Source: Bacteroidia bacterium (GTDB taxonomy: Bacteria > Bacteroidota > Bacteroidia > AKYH767-A > 2013-40CM-41-45). From it: a stretch of 64,000 nt of DNA. The stretch covers positions 2,451 through 66,450 of the forward strand of contig DAOQWA010000012.1 of assembly GCA_035341855.1 (NCBI GenBank). The letters run 5' to 3'. This document shows positions 50,191-58,765 of this stretch, piece after piece; within the stretch, counting starts at the first letter, position 1, and each line of letters starts with the position of its first letter. The notes below the pieces were generated by a model, which worked only from the letters and a program-made list of their open reading frames with translations, was not told the DNA's origin and searched no databases. The translations under genes and the position numbers were made by a program.

Positions 50191-51352
50191 GACTTGTCGA
50201 ATAACCCAGACTCTCAAATGCAAAAGCCCAGCGTCTAACAATTTTTTCTTTCTCCGAATCATTAATTTTAAAAACATTCTTTTCGTAATTCTGATAGGCT
50301 TTCAATTCATCAATAAAAAATGGTTTAGCAGAGTCCAGACCTTCGAGTTCCAGTTTTTCGTAAATGTACTCCAATGATCTTAGTGGATCTATCTCGAAAT
50401 CTTCATATCTAATTTCAACTATATTATTTTGTGCAATCAACTTTTTGTCCTTGAAATATTGCTTCATTAAAAGTTCATAGCTGCCCATCACAAACTCTTC
50501 TACGTCTTTTATCTGTACTTGCTGAAATGAAAGTAGTGGCAAGAGCTTTCTGTATAGATGCAGATTACTTTGATACACATGATAAGGATTCCGGTAAATA
50601 TGTATGAAACGTGCATCCGGATACAAATCAAGAATCTGCTTAATCCTTCCGGTATTTCCTGGGCTCTTTAAAAGCAGAGTACCTGCATTTGATGAATAGC
50701 TAAGCTTCTTTAATAAATTATCAAAGTTATTTTTCCACCTGGATTCAGCTTTTGACCCGGTATTTAAAAACACAACATGATCACGAAAGTTTTTCATGAA
50801 GTTTTTTGGAAAATAATATCCGGCTACCAGGCTCTCAGCCCCAATGCCTGCCATTGCAAACTCTTCCTCCTTAGGTAAATGTGCTCCCATTTTTAAATTA
50901 TCCATTGGTCGTCTGCCCGGCAATACGCCTGACAACAATGCAGGAAATAATTTTGATCCGCTTAAAAATAAATGAGGGATCATTGCCTGATAGGTACTGC
51001 AATAAGAAAATCCCGGATCCTTGCTCATCAAATACTGCAAAAAAGTAGTGCCGCTTCTGGGATGCCCTATGATGAACACAGGATTTTTTACCCTAACCTT
51101 CGATACCCTCTTTCTATACCAAAATTTTTCTAACAATCGAAATGGTGTAGACAGAGCTATTGTAAGGCTGATGATAAAAACTTTAGGAACATACCCCGCA
51201 TCGATAGCAAACTTGTTGTTCGACAGTGTTTTTAACCAAGCCATCAGTCCCGAGCCATGAGCAGGGTGGCTGAAGAAAGAAAAATAATTTCGATAGCTGA
51301 ACTTCAAAAGACTTTTTGTCAAAACTACATAGAAAAGCAATAATATTTTCAA
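50180..51352 (-). CDS. PAPS-dependent sulfotransferase (Sulfotransfer_3, Stf3-like)
   Basis: 5'-PSB VFIIGHPRSGTTFL, RPMDN...PKEEE, LLKSP, 3'-PB YRNPYHVYQS and IRYEDF. TTG start. Confidence 0.88.
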   Translation of the reverse strand: MKILLLFYVVLTKSLLKFSYRNYFSFFSHPAHGSGLMAWLKTLSNNKFAIDAGYVPKVFIISLTIALSTPFRLLEKFWYRKRVSKVRVKNPVFIIGHPRSGTTFLQYLMSKDPGFSYCSTYQAMIPHLFLSGSKLFPALLSGVLPGRRPMDNLKMGAHLPKEEEFAMAGIGAESLVAGYYFPKNFMKNFRDHVVFLNTGSKAESRWKNNFDNLLKKLSYSSNAGTLLLKSPGNTGRIKQILDLYPDARFIHIYRNPYHVYQSNLHLYRKLLPLLSFQQVQIKDVEEFVMGSYELLMKQYFKDKKLIAQNNIVEIRYEDFEIDPLRSLEYIYEKLELEGLDSAKPFFIDELKAYQNYEKNVFKINDSEKEKIVRRWAFAFESLGYSTSLKP

Positions 51353-51397
51353 TTATATATCTCATTCCCGCTAGCTATTCATTATCCTGAGTATAAT

Positions 51398-51405
51398 TAA
51401 TTTTG
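51398..51405 (+). promoter_or_regulatory. Bacteroidota -7 box (DUF5686 gene)
   Basis: TAATTTTG. Confidence 0.5.
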
Positions 51406-51440
51406 AGTATGGATATAAGTATCTTCACAGATCACTATTT

Positions 51441-53933
51441 TTGTCAAGCGTGAAATATTTTCGTCTACTCCTCCTTGTTCTGCTTCTTATATCGGCTCAG
51501 AGTGTCTTTGCTCAAAATACAGGCATCAAAGGGCGGGTAATTCATGAGTATAATGAAGAACCTGTGCCTTATGCAAATGTTCTCCTAAAAGGCACAAGCA
51601 GAGGTACTGCCTGCGACAGCCTCGGAAGATTTCAGTTTACCGGTACAGGCAAACCGGATACCATCATGGTTTCTGCCATGGGTTATCTGGAACAACAGGT
51701 CCCGGTCTCACCATTGGCCGGCCAAACTCTTATTATCCGTCTTACCCCTAGCGAATATAATTTGGCAGAAGTCACCATAAAGCCCGGCGAAAACCCTGCA
51801 TTCGAAATTCTTCGAAAGGTCATTGCACACAAAAAGCAGAATAATCCGGATGAACTGGATGCGTATGAATATGAGGTTTATCACAAAGTTGAATTTGACT
51901 TGAATCATTTCACGGAAAAGATCAGAAAGAATATGTTTCTGCGTTCATTTGGTTTTATTTTCGATAACACAGATACAACTGCAGATGGTGTTACATACTT
52001 GCCAATACTATTCAATGAGTCAAATTCTGAAATTTATTTTAGAAAAAATCCGCGTATTAAAAAAGAATTTGTTAAAGGAAGAAGATCCGTTGGACTAAAA
52101 GGTCCTAAGATCATTCAATTTGTACAGGACATGTACCTCCACCCGAATATTTACGATGACTATGTAATTATACTGGATAAAAATTTTCCTAGTCCGCTAA
52201 ACGATAACTACAAATCAAATTACAAATTTTACCTCATCGACAGTCTTAACCTTGGAAACGATCGCTGTTACCACATTCAGTTCGTCCCAAAAGTAAAACA
52301 AGACATTGCATTTACGGGTGAAATGTTTATTGAAGATTCCGGATACTCTGTAAAGAGAATTGATTTGGAATTTAGCATTGAAGCAAATGTGAATTTCGTG
52401 CGCAACTACTGGATCAGACAAGAATATGAAAAACCTGATGGTGTCCACAGTATGATCAACAAAAGCCAGGTTATTGCCGATTTCACCGTTGCGGAAAATT
52501 CAGAGGAGCTTACAGGTTTCTTTGGAAGAAAAACTTCCTCTTTTAGAGATTACAAGATAAATCAAGTTAGAGACGACTCTTTTTATAAAGGCCTTGATCT
52601 TGTCAGCTTCCACGATAGCAGTGCTTCTAGAACAGATGAATATTGGAACACAAGAAGACAAGATAGTCTGAGCAAACAAGAAAAATCCGTGTTCAGTATG
52701 ATTGACACACTTGAAAAGAATAAAAAATTCAAACTACTCAAAAACTCAGTAAATACTTTCACCACCGGTTGGCTCCCGCTAAACCCGATCGGCATAGGAA
52801 ATATTTACACTTTTTATAGCTATAATAACGTTGAGCATTCTCGCCTGAAATTTGGTTTTCGCTATGGGAAAAATAATTTTGATAAACTCTATCTGAAAAG
52901 TTATCTCGCCTATGGTTTGGGAGATGAGCGTTTCAAATACATGGCAGAAGCTAGCCACGTTCTATATAGTCATGGTAGCAAGAAGACTATCCTTGGAGGA
53001 ATGATCAAAAAAGATGCGCATCAACCCGGACGCGGATCCAATATGTTTAGCCTTGATCACATCCTGAATTCTTTCACCAGCACTGCTTCAATGCACTTTC
53101 GTTCATACGTGGAAGAATATAGGTTCTATGCAGAAAGACAATGGATCACAGGGTTCAGTTCTCGCCTTTCCTGGTTTCGATCTGATTATAGTCCATTCGG
53201 TTCATATAAGTACTGGCAAAGAAATTCTGATGGAGCAATTTCAAGTAAAAAATCCTTGGTCAATGCAGGTTTGCAAGTATCTGCACGTTTCGCCTACGGT
53301 GAACGAAACCTGACGTCCAGATTTGGGGACGGACTTGAAGCCCTATACTTCCCAAAGTTTCCTGTAATAAGTTTGGAGTATAGCAAAAGCTTCAAGGATG
53401 TTTCAGGATCAGAATTTGATTTTCAAAAAATAAGATTAAGAATTGAACAAAAAGTCCGCTTGAAAAAAATCGGCTTCTCACTCCTTCGCCTGGAAACAGG
53501 AAAAATATTAGGAACTGCACCATGGCCATTATTGGAAACACCTATTGCCAATCAAGTCATCTTCAACGATGAGACAGCCTTCAATCTGATGAATTACATG
53601 GAATTTGTTTCTGATCAATACCTGAGTCTGATGATTGAACATCATTTTGAAGGATTGTTCTTTAATCGATTACCCGGTATTAACAAACTCAAGTGGCGTG
53701 AATTTATTTTTGCAAAAGCTTATGGCGGAACATTAAGTGAAAAAAATTATGGCACAAGCTTGTATATCCCTTTCGGAATAGGAAAGCTTACAGAACCATA
53801 TTATGAAGCAGGATTTGGTATTGAAAATATTTTTAAAATCTCAAGAATTGACTTTATCTGGAGATTAAACTACATTGATAAACCGGGGGTGTACTATTTT
53901 GTAGTAAAACCGTCATTCTATTTTAAATTCTAG
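51441..53933 (+). CDS. carboxypeptidase-regulatory-like domain + DUF5686 outer-membrane protein
   Basis: N-terminal IKGRV...EPVPYANV...G.F domain, YEYEVYHK, and C-terminal YYEAGFGIENIFKISRIDFIWRL. Confidence 0.85.
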   Translation: MSSVKYFRLLLLVLLLISAQSVFAQNTGIKGRVIHEYNEEPVPYANVLLKGTSRGTACDSLGRFQFTGTGKPDTIMVSAMGYLEQQVPVSPLAGQTLIIRLTPSEYNLAEVTIKPGENPAFEILRKVIAHKKQNNPDELDAYEYEVYHKVEFDLNHFTEKIRKNMFLRSFGFIFDNTDTTADGVTYLPILFNESNSEIYFRKNPRIKKEFVKGRRSVGLKGPKIIQFVQDMYLHPNIYDDYVIILDKNFPSPLNDNYKSNYKFYLIDSLNLGNDRCYHIQFVPKVKQDIAFTGEMFIEDSGYSVKRIDLEFSIEANVNFVRNYWIRQEYEKPDGVHSMINKSQVIADFTVAENSEELTGFFGRKTSSFRDYKINQVRDDSFYKGLDLVSFHDSSASRTDEYWNTRRQDSLSKQEKSVFSMIDTLEKNKKFKLLKNSVNTFTTGWLPLNPIGIGNIYTFYSYNNVEHSRLKFGFRYGKNNFDKLYLKSYLAYGLGDERFKYMAEASHVLYSHGSKKTILGGMIKKDAHQPGRGSNMFSLDHILNSFTSTASMHFRSYVEEYRFYAERQWITGFSSRLSWFRSDYSPFGSYKYWQRNSDGAISSKKSLVNAGLQVSARFAYGERNLTSRFGDGLEALYFPKFPVISLEYSKSFKDVSGSEFDFQKIRLRIEQKVRLKKIGFSLLRLETGKILGTAPWPLLETPIANQVIFNDETAFNLMNYMEFVSDQYLSLMIEHHFEGLFFNRLPGINKLKWREFIFAKAYGGTLSEKNYGTSLYIPFGIGKLTEPYYEAGFGIENIFKISRIDFIWRLNYIDKPGVYYFVVKPSFYFKF

Positions 53934-53972
53934 TTATTTTCTTAGAGTTTTTCTTTCGGTTGTTTTCTTGCG

Positions 53973-53980
53973 TAATTTTG
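53973..53980 (+). promoter_or_regulatory. Bacteroidota -7 box (hypothetical-crtZ)
   Basis: TAATTTTG. Confidence 0.55.
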
Positions 53981-54011
53981 CATCGATCTTCAAATTACCA
54001 AACAGTTTGTC

Positions 54012-54554
54012 ATGCAATACCGGAATCTGATCAGGCTTGTCTTCGTGCTGAATTTAATCTTGCTCTTTATCCCGGCTAACTTGGTTTCTGCCCAAAGTTT
54101 GACACTGGAAGAAATTAGAAGGGACTTTCCGAAGGCATCTAAGGACGAATCTGCCTGTGGCGAACTTTATTCAAAGATGGAATTATCCGCCAATAAAACA
54201 GACCCTATATGGATGGCATATCACGGAACCATAACAGTAATGTTGGCAAAATACAGCATGAATCCATTTAGAAAATTACAGTATTTCAAGTCCGGAAGAA
54301 TTCTTATTGATCAAAGCCTGCTGAAAGATCCAAACAATATTGAACTCCGATTTCTCCGTTTTACCGTGCAGGATCATACTCCATTCTTTCTCGACTACCA
54401 TGAAGATCTGGAAAATGACAAGAAATTTATTCTGGCGCAACTTGAAAAGGTACCATTTCCGTTGTTAAAAAAAGCCATTATTCACTATATTGCAGAAAGT
54501 GACAGGTTTTCTGCCGAAGAAAAAAAACTGGTCTCCAAATTAGGCGGATCTTGA
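54012..54554 (+). CDS. conserved secreted hypothetical protein, helical, carotenoid-gene neighbour
   Basis: Signal peptide (VSA/Q), AKYSMNPFRKLQYF and IELRFLRFTVQ. Lies 3 nt before crtZ. Confidence 0.65.
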   Translation: MQYRNLIRLVFVLNLILLFIPANLVSAQSLTLEEIRRDFPKASKDESACGELYSKMELSANKTDPIWMAYHGTITVMLAKYSMNPFRKLQYFKSGRILIDQSLLKDPNNIELRFLRFTVQDHTPFFLDYHEDLENDKKFILAQLEKVPFPLLKKAIIHYIAESDRFSAEEKKLVSKLGGS

Positions 54555-54557
54555 GCT

Positions 54558-55019
54558 TTGAATAATATGCAAACCATTTTAGTAAATATTGCGATAGTAC
54601 TTGGCAGCTTTATAGTAATGGAAGGAGTAGCCTGGTCATCACATAAGTTTTTAATGCACGGATTTCTTTGGAAAGTTCATCAAGATCATCATACAGGAAC
54701 GAAAAGTTTTTTTCAGAGAAACGATCTCTTCTTTTTCATCTTCGCTATTCCGAGCTGGCTCTTTATGATGTTCGGCATTATGGCAGGATGCGACTATCGT
54801 ATGTGGATAGGAATTGGAATTGCCCTGTATGGAATAGCATACTTTATGGTTCATGAAGTCATTATTCACCAACGCTTGAAATTTTTCAGCAGAAGCAATA
54901 ACAGATATATCGTTGCCGTTAGAAAAGCCCATAAAGCACATCACAAACACCTGGGAAAGGAAAACGGTGAGTGTTTCGGCATGTTAATGGTTCCTTTCAA
55001 ATATTTTAAAAGACAATAA
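54558..55019 (+). CDS. crtZ: beta-carotene hydroxylase
   Basis: MEGVAWSSHKFLMHG, HQDHH, FMVHEVIIHQR and HKAHH histidine boxes. Confidence 0.9.
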   Translation: MNNMQTILVNIAIVLGSFIVMEGVAWSSHKFLMHGFLWKVHQDHHTGTKSFFQRNDLFFFIFAIPSWLFMMFGIMAGCDYRMWIGIGIALYGIAYFMVHEVIIHQRLKFFSRSNNRYIVAVRKAHKAHHKHLGKENGECFGMLMVPFKYFKRQ

Positions 55020-55114
55020 TTTAAGTTTTTTTGAGGCATTTCAGTGTAAATCTGAACTTTCTATTTCCTTTTTTGTTTTAGCAAATGTTTTCACTCTTAC
55101 GCCATTAAATCCCT

Positions 55115-55774
55115 ATGCTTCAGAAAGTTTTTCTTACCGTCTTAGTTTTGCTTGCTTTTAGCTGCCTTTCTTGCTCTTTAACTTCCAATACCAGCAGAAA
55201 TTATCTGATTGATGCCATACATAGACCATATGACATCATTGTTGTCCCGGGCGTTCCTTTAGAGAGTGAAGAATGGAGCCTGACTATGAAAGCCAGGATA
55301 TATTGGTCAAAATACTTATTCGACAAAGGCATTACAAAAAACATTATGTATTCAGGTTCCTCCGTATATACACCCTACTATGAAGCGGAGGTCATGTCCT
55401 TATTTGCGCAAGCAATAGGTATTCCGAAAGAAAATATTTTTACAGAAAAGAAAGCCGAACACAGTACTGAAAATATTTACTACGGCTACCAAAAAGCTTG
55501 TTCTCTGGGTTTTCAAAGAGTCGCTCTGGCATCTGATCCTTTTCAAACTAAACTATTGAGACGATTCACAAAAAAGAAAGTGAGCAAAGATGTCGGACTC
55601 ATACCCATAGTATATGATACTCTCCGAAGCATGGAGCCATTCATGATCGATCCGAAAATTGAATACCAACAGGCACACAATCCGGATTTTGTATCCATTG
55701 AGGAAAGAGAATCATTCTGGCAGAGATTAAGAGGAACCAGAGGATTGAATCTGGACGAAAATGCATATCAGTGA
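55115..55774 (+). CDS. YdcF/DUF218 family lipoprotein-like protein
   Basis: IVVPG, SGSSVYTPYYEA, AEHSTENI and SDPFQ. Confidence 0.85.
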   Translation: MLQKVFLTVLVLLAFSCLSCSLTSNTSRNYLIDAIHRPYDIIVVPGVPLESEEWSLTMKARIYWSKYLFDKGITKNIMYSGSSVYTPYYEAEVMSLFAQAIGIPKENIFTEKKAEHSTENIYYGYQKACSLGFQRVALASDPFQTKLLRRFTKKKVSKDVGLIPIVYDTLRSMEPFMIDPKIEYQQAHNPDFVSIEERESFWQRLRGTRGLNLDENAYQ

Positions 55775-56073
55775 TTTATTATCATGATCATTTAAATTCC
55801 TAAAGAAGCCGGGTACCGGCAAATTTTTAAATCCTTGGTCGCCCATAAAACCGGGAAGGAACACCATGCTGGAGCTATTTAGTGCCCTCAGAAAAACTTG
55901 AAAACAACCAATGGGGGTACCCGAAAATCTTCTCAGGAATATTTTTGTCATTTATTTATTCTTTTAATCAAAATGTTTTCTTCGATTATGTATTTTGTAG
56001 CCTCAGATCACAGAGAATTGCTATCCTGTTTGTAAGACGATCAAATCTCATTTTGCAAATAAGCAACACAAGC

Positions 56074-56090
56074 ACGCAATCTATCTGCGC
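56074..56090. promoter_or_regulatory. candidate WYL operator upstream of the WYL gene
   Basis: ACGCA-atctatc-TGCGC, 16 nt upstream of ATG 56107. Confidence 0.55.
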
Positions 56091-56106
56091 ACTAATCTTT
56101 TTTTTT

Positions 56107-57117
56107 ATGCCAAAGAATAAAGAAGCTTATACCCGCTATCGCCTCATCGATGAGGCTTTGAAAAACAAACAAAAGCCATTTCCCAGCCTTAATGAACTGG
56201 CTGAAAAGTGTGAGCACCTTCTTGGAAAACGTGTTTCGGAGTCAACAATGCAAAAAGACATATATGCCATGCGTTTTGATGAAGGGTTAAATTTTCTTGC
56301 TCCTATCAACTATAGTAAAGCAAGAAAAGGTTATTACTATACTGATCCTGACTACTCCATCAGTAAATTACCTTTAAAGCAGGAAGATCTTTATGCACTG
56401 GAATTTGCAGCAGGATTATTAAGGCAATTCAAGGATTTCCCGATTCTGAAACAGTTTGACAATACCATCGGACGTTTATTACAAGCCGTACAGATAAGTC
56501 GTTCTCTTTATGGCACAGAAATAACAGATTTCATCCAGGTTGAACGACCTTCACACTCTGATGGAACAGATCATTTAGAGAAAATCCTCAAAGCTATCAC
56601 CAATAAAGTGGAGATCCAGTTTCAATATTTTAATTTTTCCAAAGCAACTACCAGTCATCATAACCTTCATCCATACCTGGTAAGAGAATACAGAAACCGA
56701 TGGTATGTCACTGGACACTCGCCTAAGCATAACAGGATCCTAACTTTCGGACTAGATCGCATTAAACATCTGCAGGTAACAGGAACAATGTTTGAAAAAG
56801 ATGCACACTTCAACGCAAAGAAATTCTTTCATCATTCTTTCGGAATCACTGTCAACGATCTTATCCCGGTTAAGGTTGAATTATCATTTACTCCACTGGA
56901 GGGCCTATACATAAAAGCTCAGGCTATCCATCACACACAAAAAATACTGAAAGACAATTCAAAGGAATTAAGAATAAGTATTGATGTCATCCCCTCTCAT
57001 GAATTAAACATGCAAATTCTGAGTTATGGCGATAACGTAAAAGTTATTAAACCAAAGGAGCTGAGAAAAGAAATCCAGGATAGTATTAAAAGTGCTTTGA
57101 AGAATTATACCAAGTGA
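56107..57117 (+). CDS. wHTH-WYL-WCX transcriptional regulator
   Basis: MPKNKEAYTRYRLID...STMQKDIYAMR (wHTH), LHPYLVREYRNRWYVTG...TFGLDRI (WYL) and HELNMQILSYGDNVKVIKP (WCX). The ORF-track start at 55882 is over-extended. Confidence 0.93.
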   Translation: MPKNKEAYTRYRLIDEALKNKQKPFPSLNELAEKCEHLLGKRVSESTMQKDIYAMRFDEGLNFLAPINYSKARKGYYYTDPDYSISKLPLKQEDLYALEFAAGLLRQFKDFPILKQFDNTIGRLLQAVQISRSLYGTEITDFIQVERPSHSDGTDHLEKILKAITNKVEIQFQYFNFSKATTSHHNLHPYLVREYRNRWYVTGHSPKHNRILTFGLDRIKHLQVTGTMFEKDAHFNAKKFFHHSFGITVNDLIPVKVELSFTPLEGLYIKAQAIHHTQKILKDNSKELRISIDVIPSHELNMQILSYGDNVKVIKPKELRKEIQDSIKSALKNYTK

Positions 57118-57200
57118 GTTTAACCCCAATCTTTTCTCAGTTCAAAATATCCTCTCTTGTTAATTTCAGGAATAGCGATAAAAGAATCCCTAAAGCCTGA

Positions 57201-57219
57201 TACGCATATACAATGCGTA
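57201..57219. promoter_or_regulatory. perfect palindrome, candidate WYL operator upstream of the DUF2779 gene
   Basis: TACGCAT-ataca-ATGCGTA, 34 nt upstream of the ATG. Confidence 0.65.
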
Positions 57220-57253
57220 GTGACTCATTATTTTTACAATCTCAAAAACTCTG

Positions 57254-58723
57254 ATGCGTCACATTCTATCTAAATCAACATTCCTCTACGGTACACAGTG
57301 CCCAAAGCGTCTTTACTTTTATAAATTCAGGCGTGATTTGCTGGGAGAAATTTCTGCATCTCAACAAGCAATCTTTGACAGAGGCACCTCAGTGGGAGAA
57401 CTGGCAAGGGATCTATTTCCGGGTGGCGTGGACGCCTCGCCTGCCTCGCCATATGACTATGCAAAATCAGTCCTGGTCACAAAACAGATGATTGATGCAG
57501 GTGAAAAAATTATTTATGAAGCCGCCTTCCAATACGAAGGTGTTTTGGCTGCCGTTGATATACTGGTAAAGAAAAACGGAAAGTGGAAAGCCTACGAGGT
57601 AAAAAGCTCTACCTCTGTGAAGGAAGTGAATATTCTGGATGCAGCACTACAATACCACGTAATCACTAATTCCGGGATAGACCTGGCAGATATATTCATT
57701 GTCCATCTTAACAACGAATATGTTCGCAAAAAGAATTTAGTGATAGAGGAATTATTCTCAATAGTGTCAGTAAAAAATGATGCACTGGAAAATCAAACTT
57801 TTGTCATCGAAAAAATTTCTGAATTACTCGATCTGATAAAGTCAAAGAAAGAACCTAAGCAAGATATCGGACCACATTGCTCAGATCCGTATACCTGTGA
57901 TTTCATGGATCATTGTTGGAAACATATTCCCGAACCTTCTGTTTTCAATCTTACCGGTATGCGTAGCGCTAAAAAATTTGAGTTTTATGAACAGGGTATT
58001 ATAAAAATCTCTGACCTACCCGATAGCACACAATTAAGCGACTATCAACACATCCAGATGGAAGCATATTTGAAGAATAAAAAAAATATTGACAAAGAAA
58101 ATCTACGCGACTTCCTTAAGGACTTCAGATACCCATTATACTTTATGGACTTTGAATCTTTCCAGCCGGCAGTACCACTTTATCGAAATAGCAGACCCTA
58201 TCAACAAATTCCTTTTCAGTATTCATTACATTATTTGAAAGACAAAATGTCGAATGCTCATCATTCAGAATTTTTAGCAGAGTCAAACGGTGATCCCCGT
58301 ATTCCTTTCATCGAAAAACTACTTGAGGATACAAAATCTGCCGGAAAAATAGTCACTTACAACATGTCTTTTGAACGAATGATTCTCAATAGCATTGCCA
58401 ATGACTTTCCGCAGTATGCAGAGGATATAGAGGATCGCTGTGAACGCTTACTTGATTTGATGCCTCCTTTCAGAAAAGGCTGGTACTACAAACCTGAAAT
58501 GGATGGATCTTATTCAATCAAACAGGTATTACCTGCTCTGGTACCTGATCTTACCTATGATGAACTTGAAATTGCCGATGGCGGCTCCGCAAGTCTGGCC
58601 TTCGAACAAATTCTATTTGACCCCAATGCCGATACAGAAAAAATCCGCAGCCAGCTTCTCGAATATTGCAAGATGGATACATTAGCCATGATCAAACTCC
58701 TGGCTGTTTTGGAAAAAGTATAA
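57254..58723 (+). CDS. DUF2779-type protein: Cas4/RecB-like PD-(D/E)XK nuclease fused to a DEDDy 3'-5' exonuclease-like domain
   Basis: C16 plus C209/C215/C221, VD102IL...E115VK117, MD299FE301, YNMSFE374 and Y471CKMD475. Confidence 0.85.
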   Translation: MRHILSKSTFLYGTQCPKRLYFYKFRRDLLGEISASQQAIFDRGTSVGELARDLFPGGVDASPASPYDYAKSVLVTKQMIDAGEKIIYEAAFQYEGVLAAVDILVKKNGKWKAYEVKSSTSVKEVNILDAALQYHVITNSGIDLADIFIVHLNNEYVRKKNLVIEELFSIVSVKNDALENQTFVIEKISELLDLIKSKKEPKQDIGPHCSDPYTCDFMDHCWKHIPEPSVFNLTGMRSAKKFEFYEQGIIKISDLPDSTQLSDYQHIQMEAYLKNKKNIDKENLRDFLKDFRYPLYFMDFESFQPAVPLYRNSRPYQQIPFQYSLHYLKDKMSNAHHSEFLAESNGDPRIPFIEKLLEDTKSAGKIVTYNMSFERMILNSIANDFPQYAEDIEDRCERLLDLMPPFRKGWYYKPEMDGSYSIKQVLPALVPDLTYDELEIADGGSASLAFEQILFDPNADTEKIRSQLLEYCKMDTLAMIKLLAVLEKV

Positions 58724-58765
58724 AGCTGATGATTACCGTTCTTTCAATTAGCTAGCCACTAATCT

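Noticed and set aside
55882-56106. N-terminal 75-aa extension of the WYL ORF in the ORF track
   Set aside because: It is low-complexity AT-rich sequence, the WYL-family N-terminus begins at MPKNK (56107), and the extension overlaps the promoter and operator.
57254-58723. Cas4-like protein as evidence of a CRISPR-Cas locus
   Set aside because: There is no repeat-spacer array and no cas1, cas2 or other cas gene in the window.
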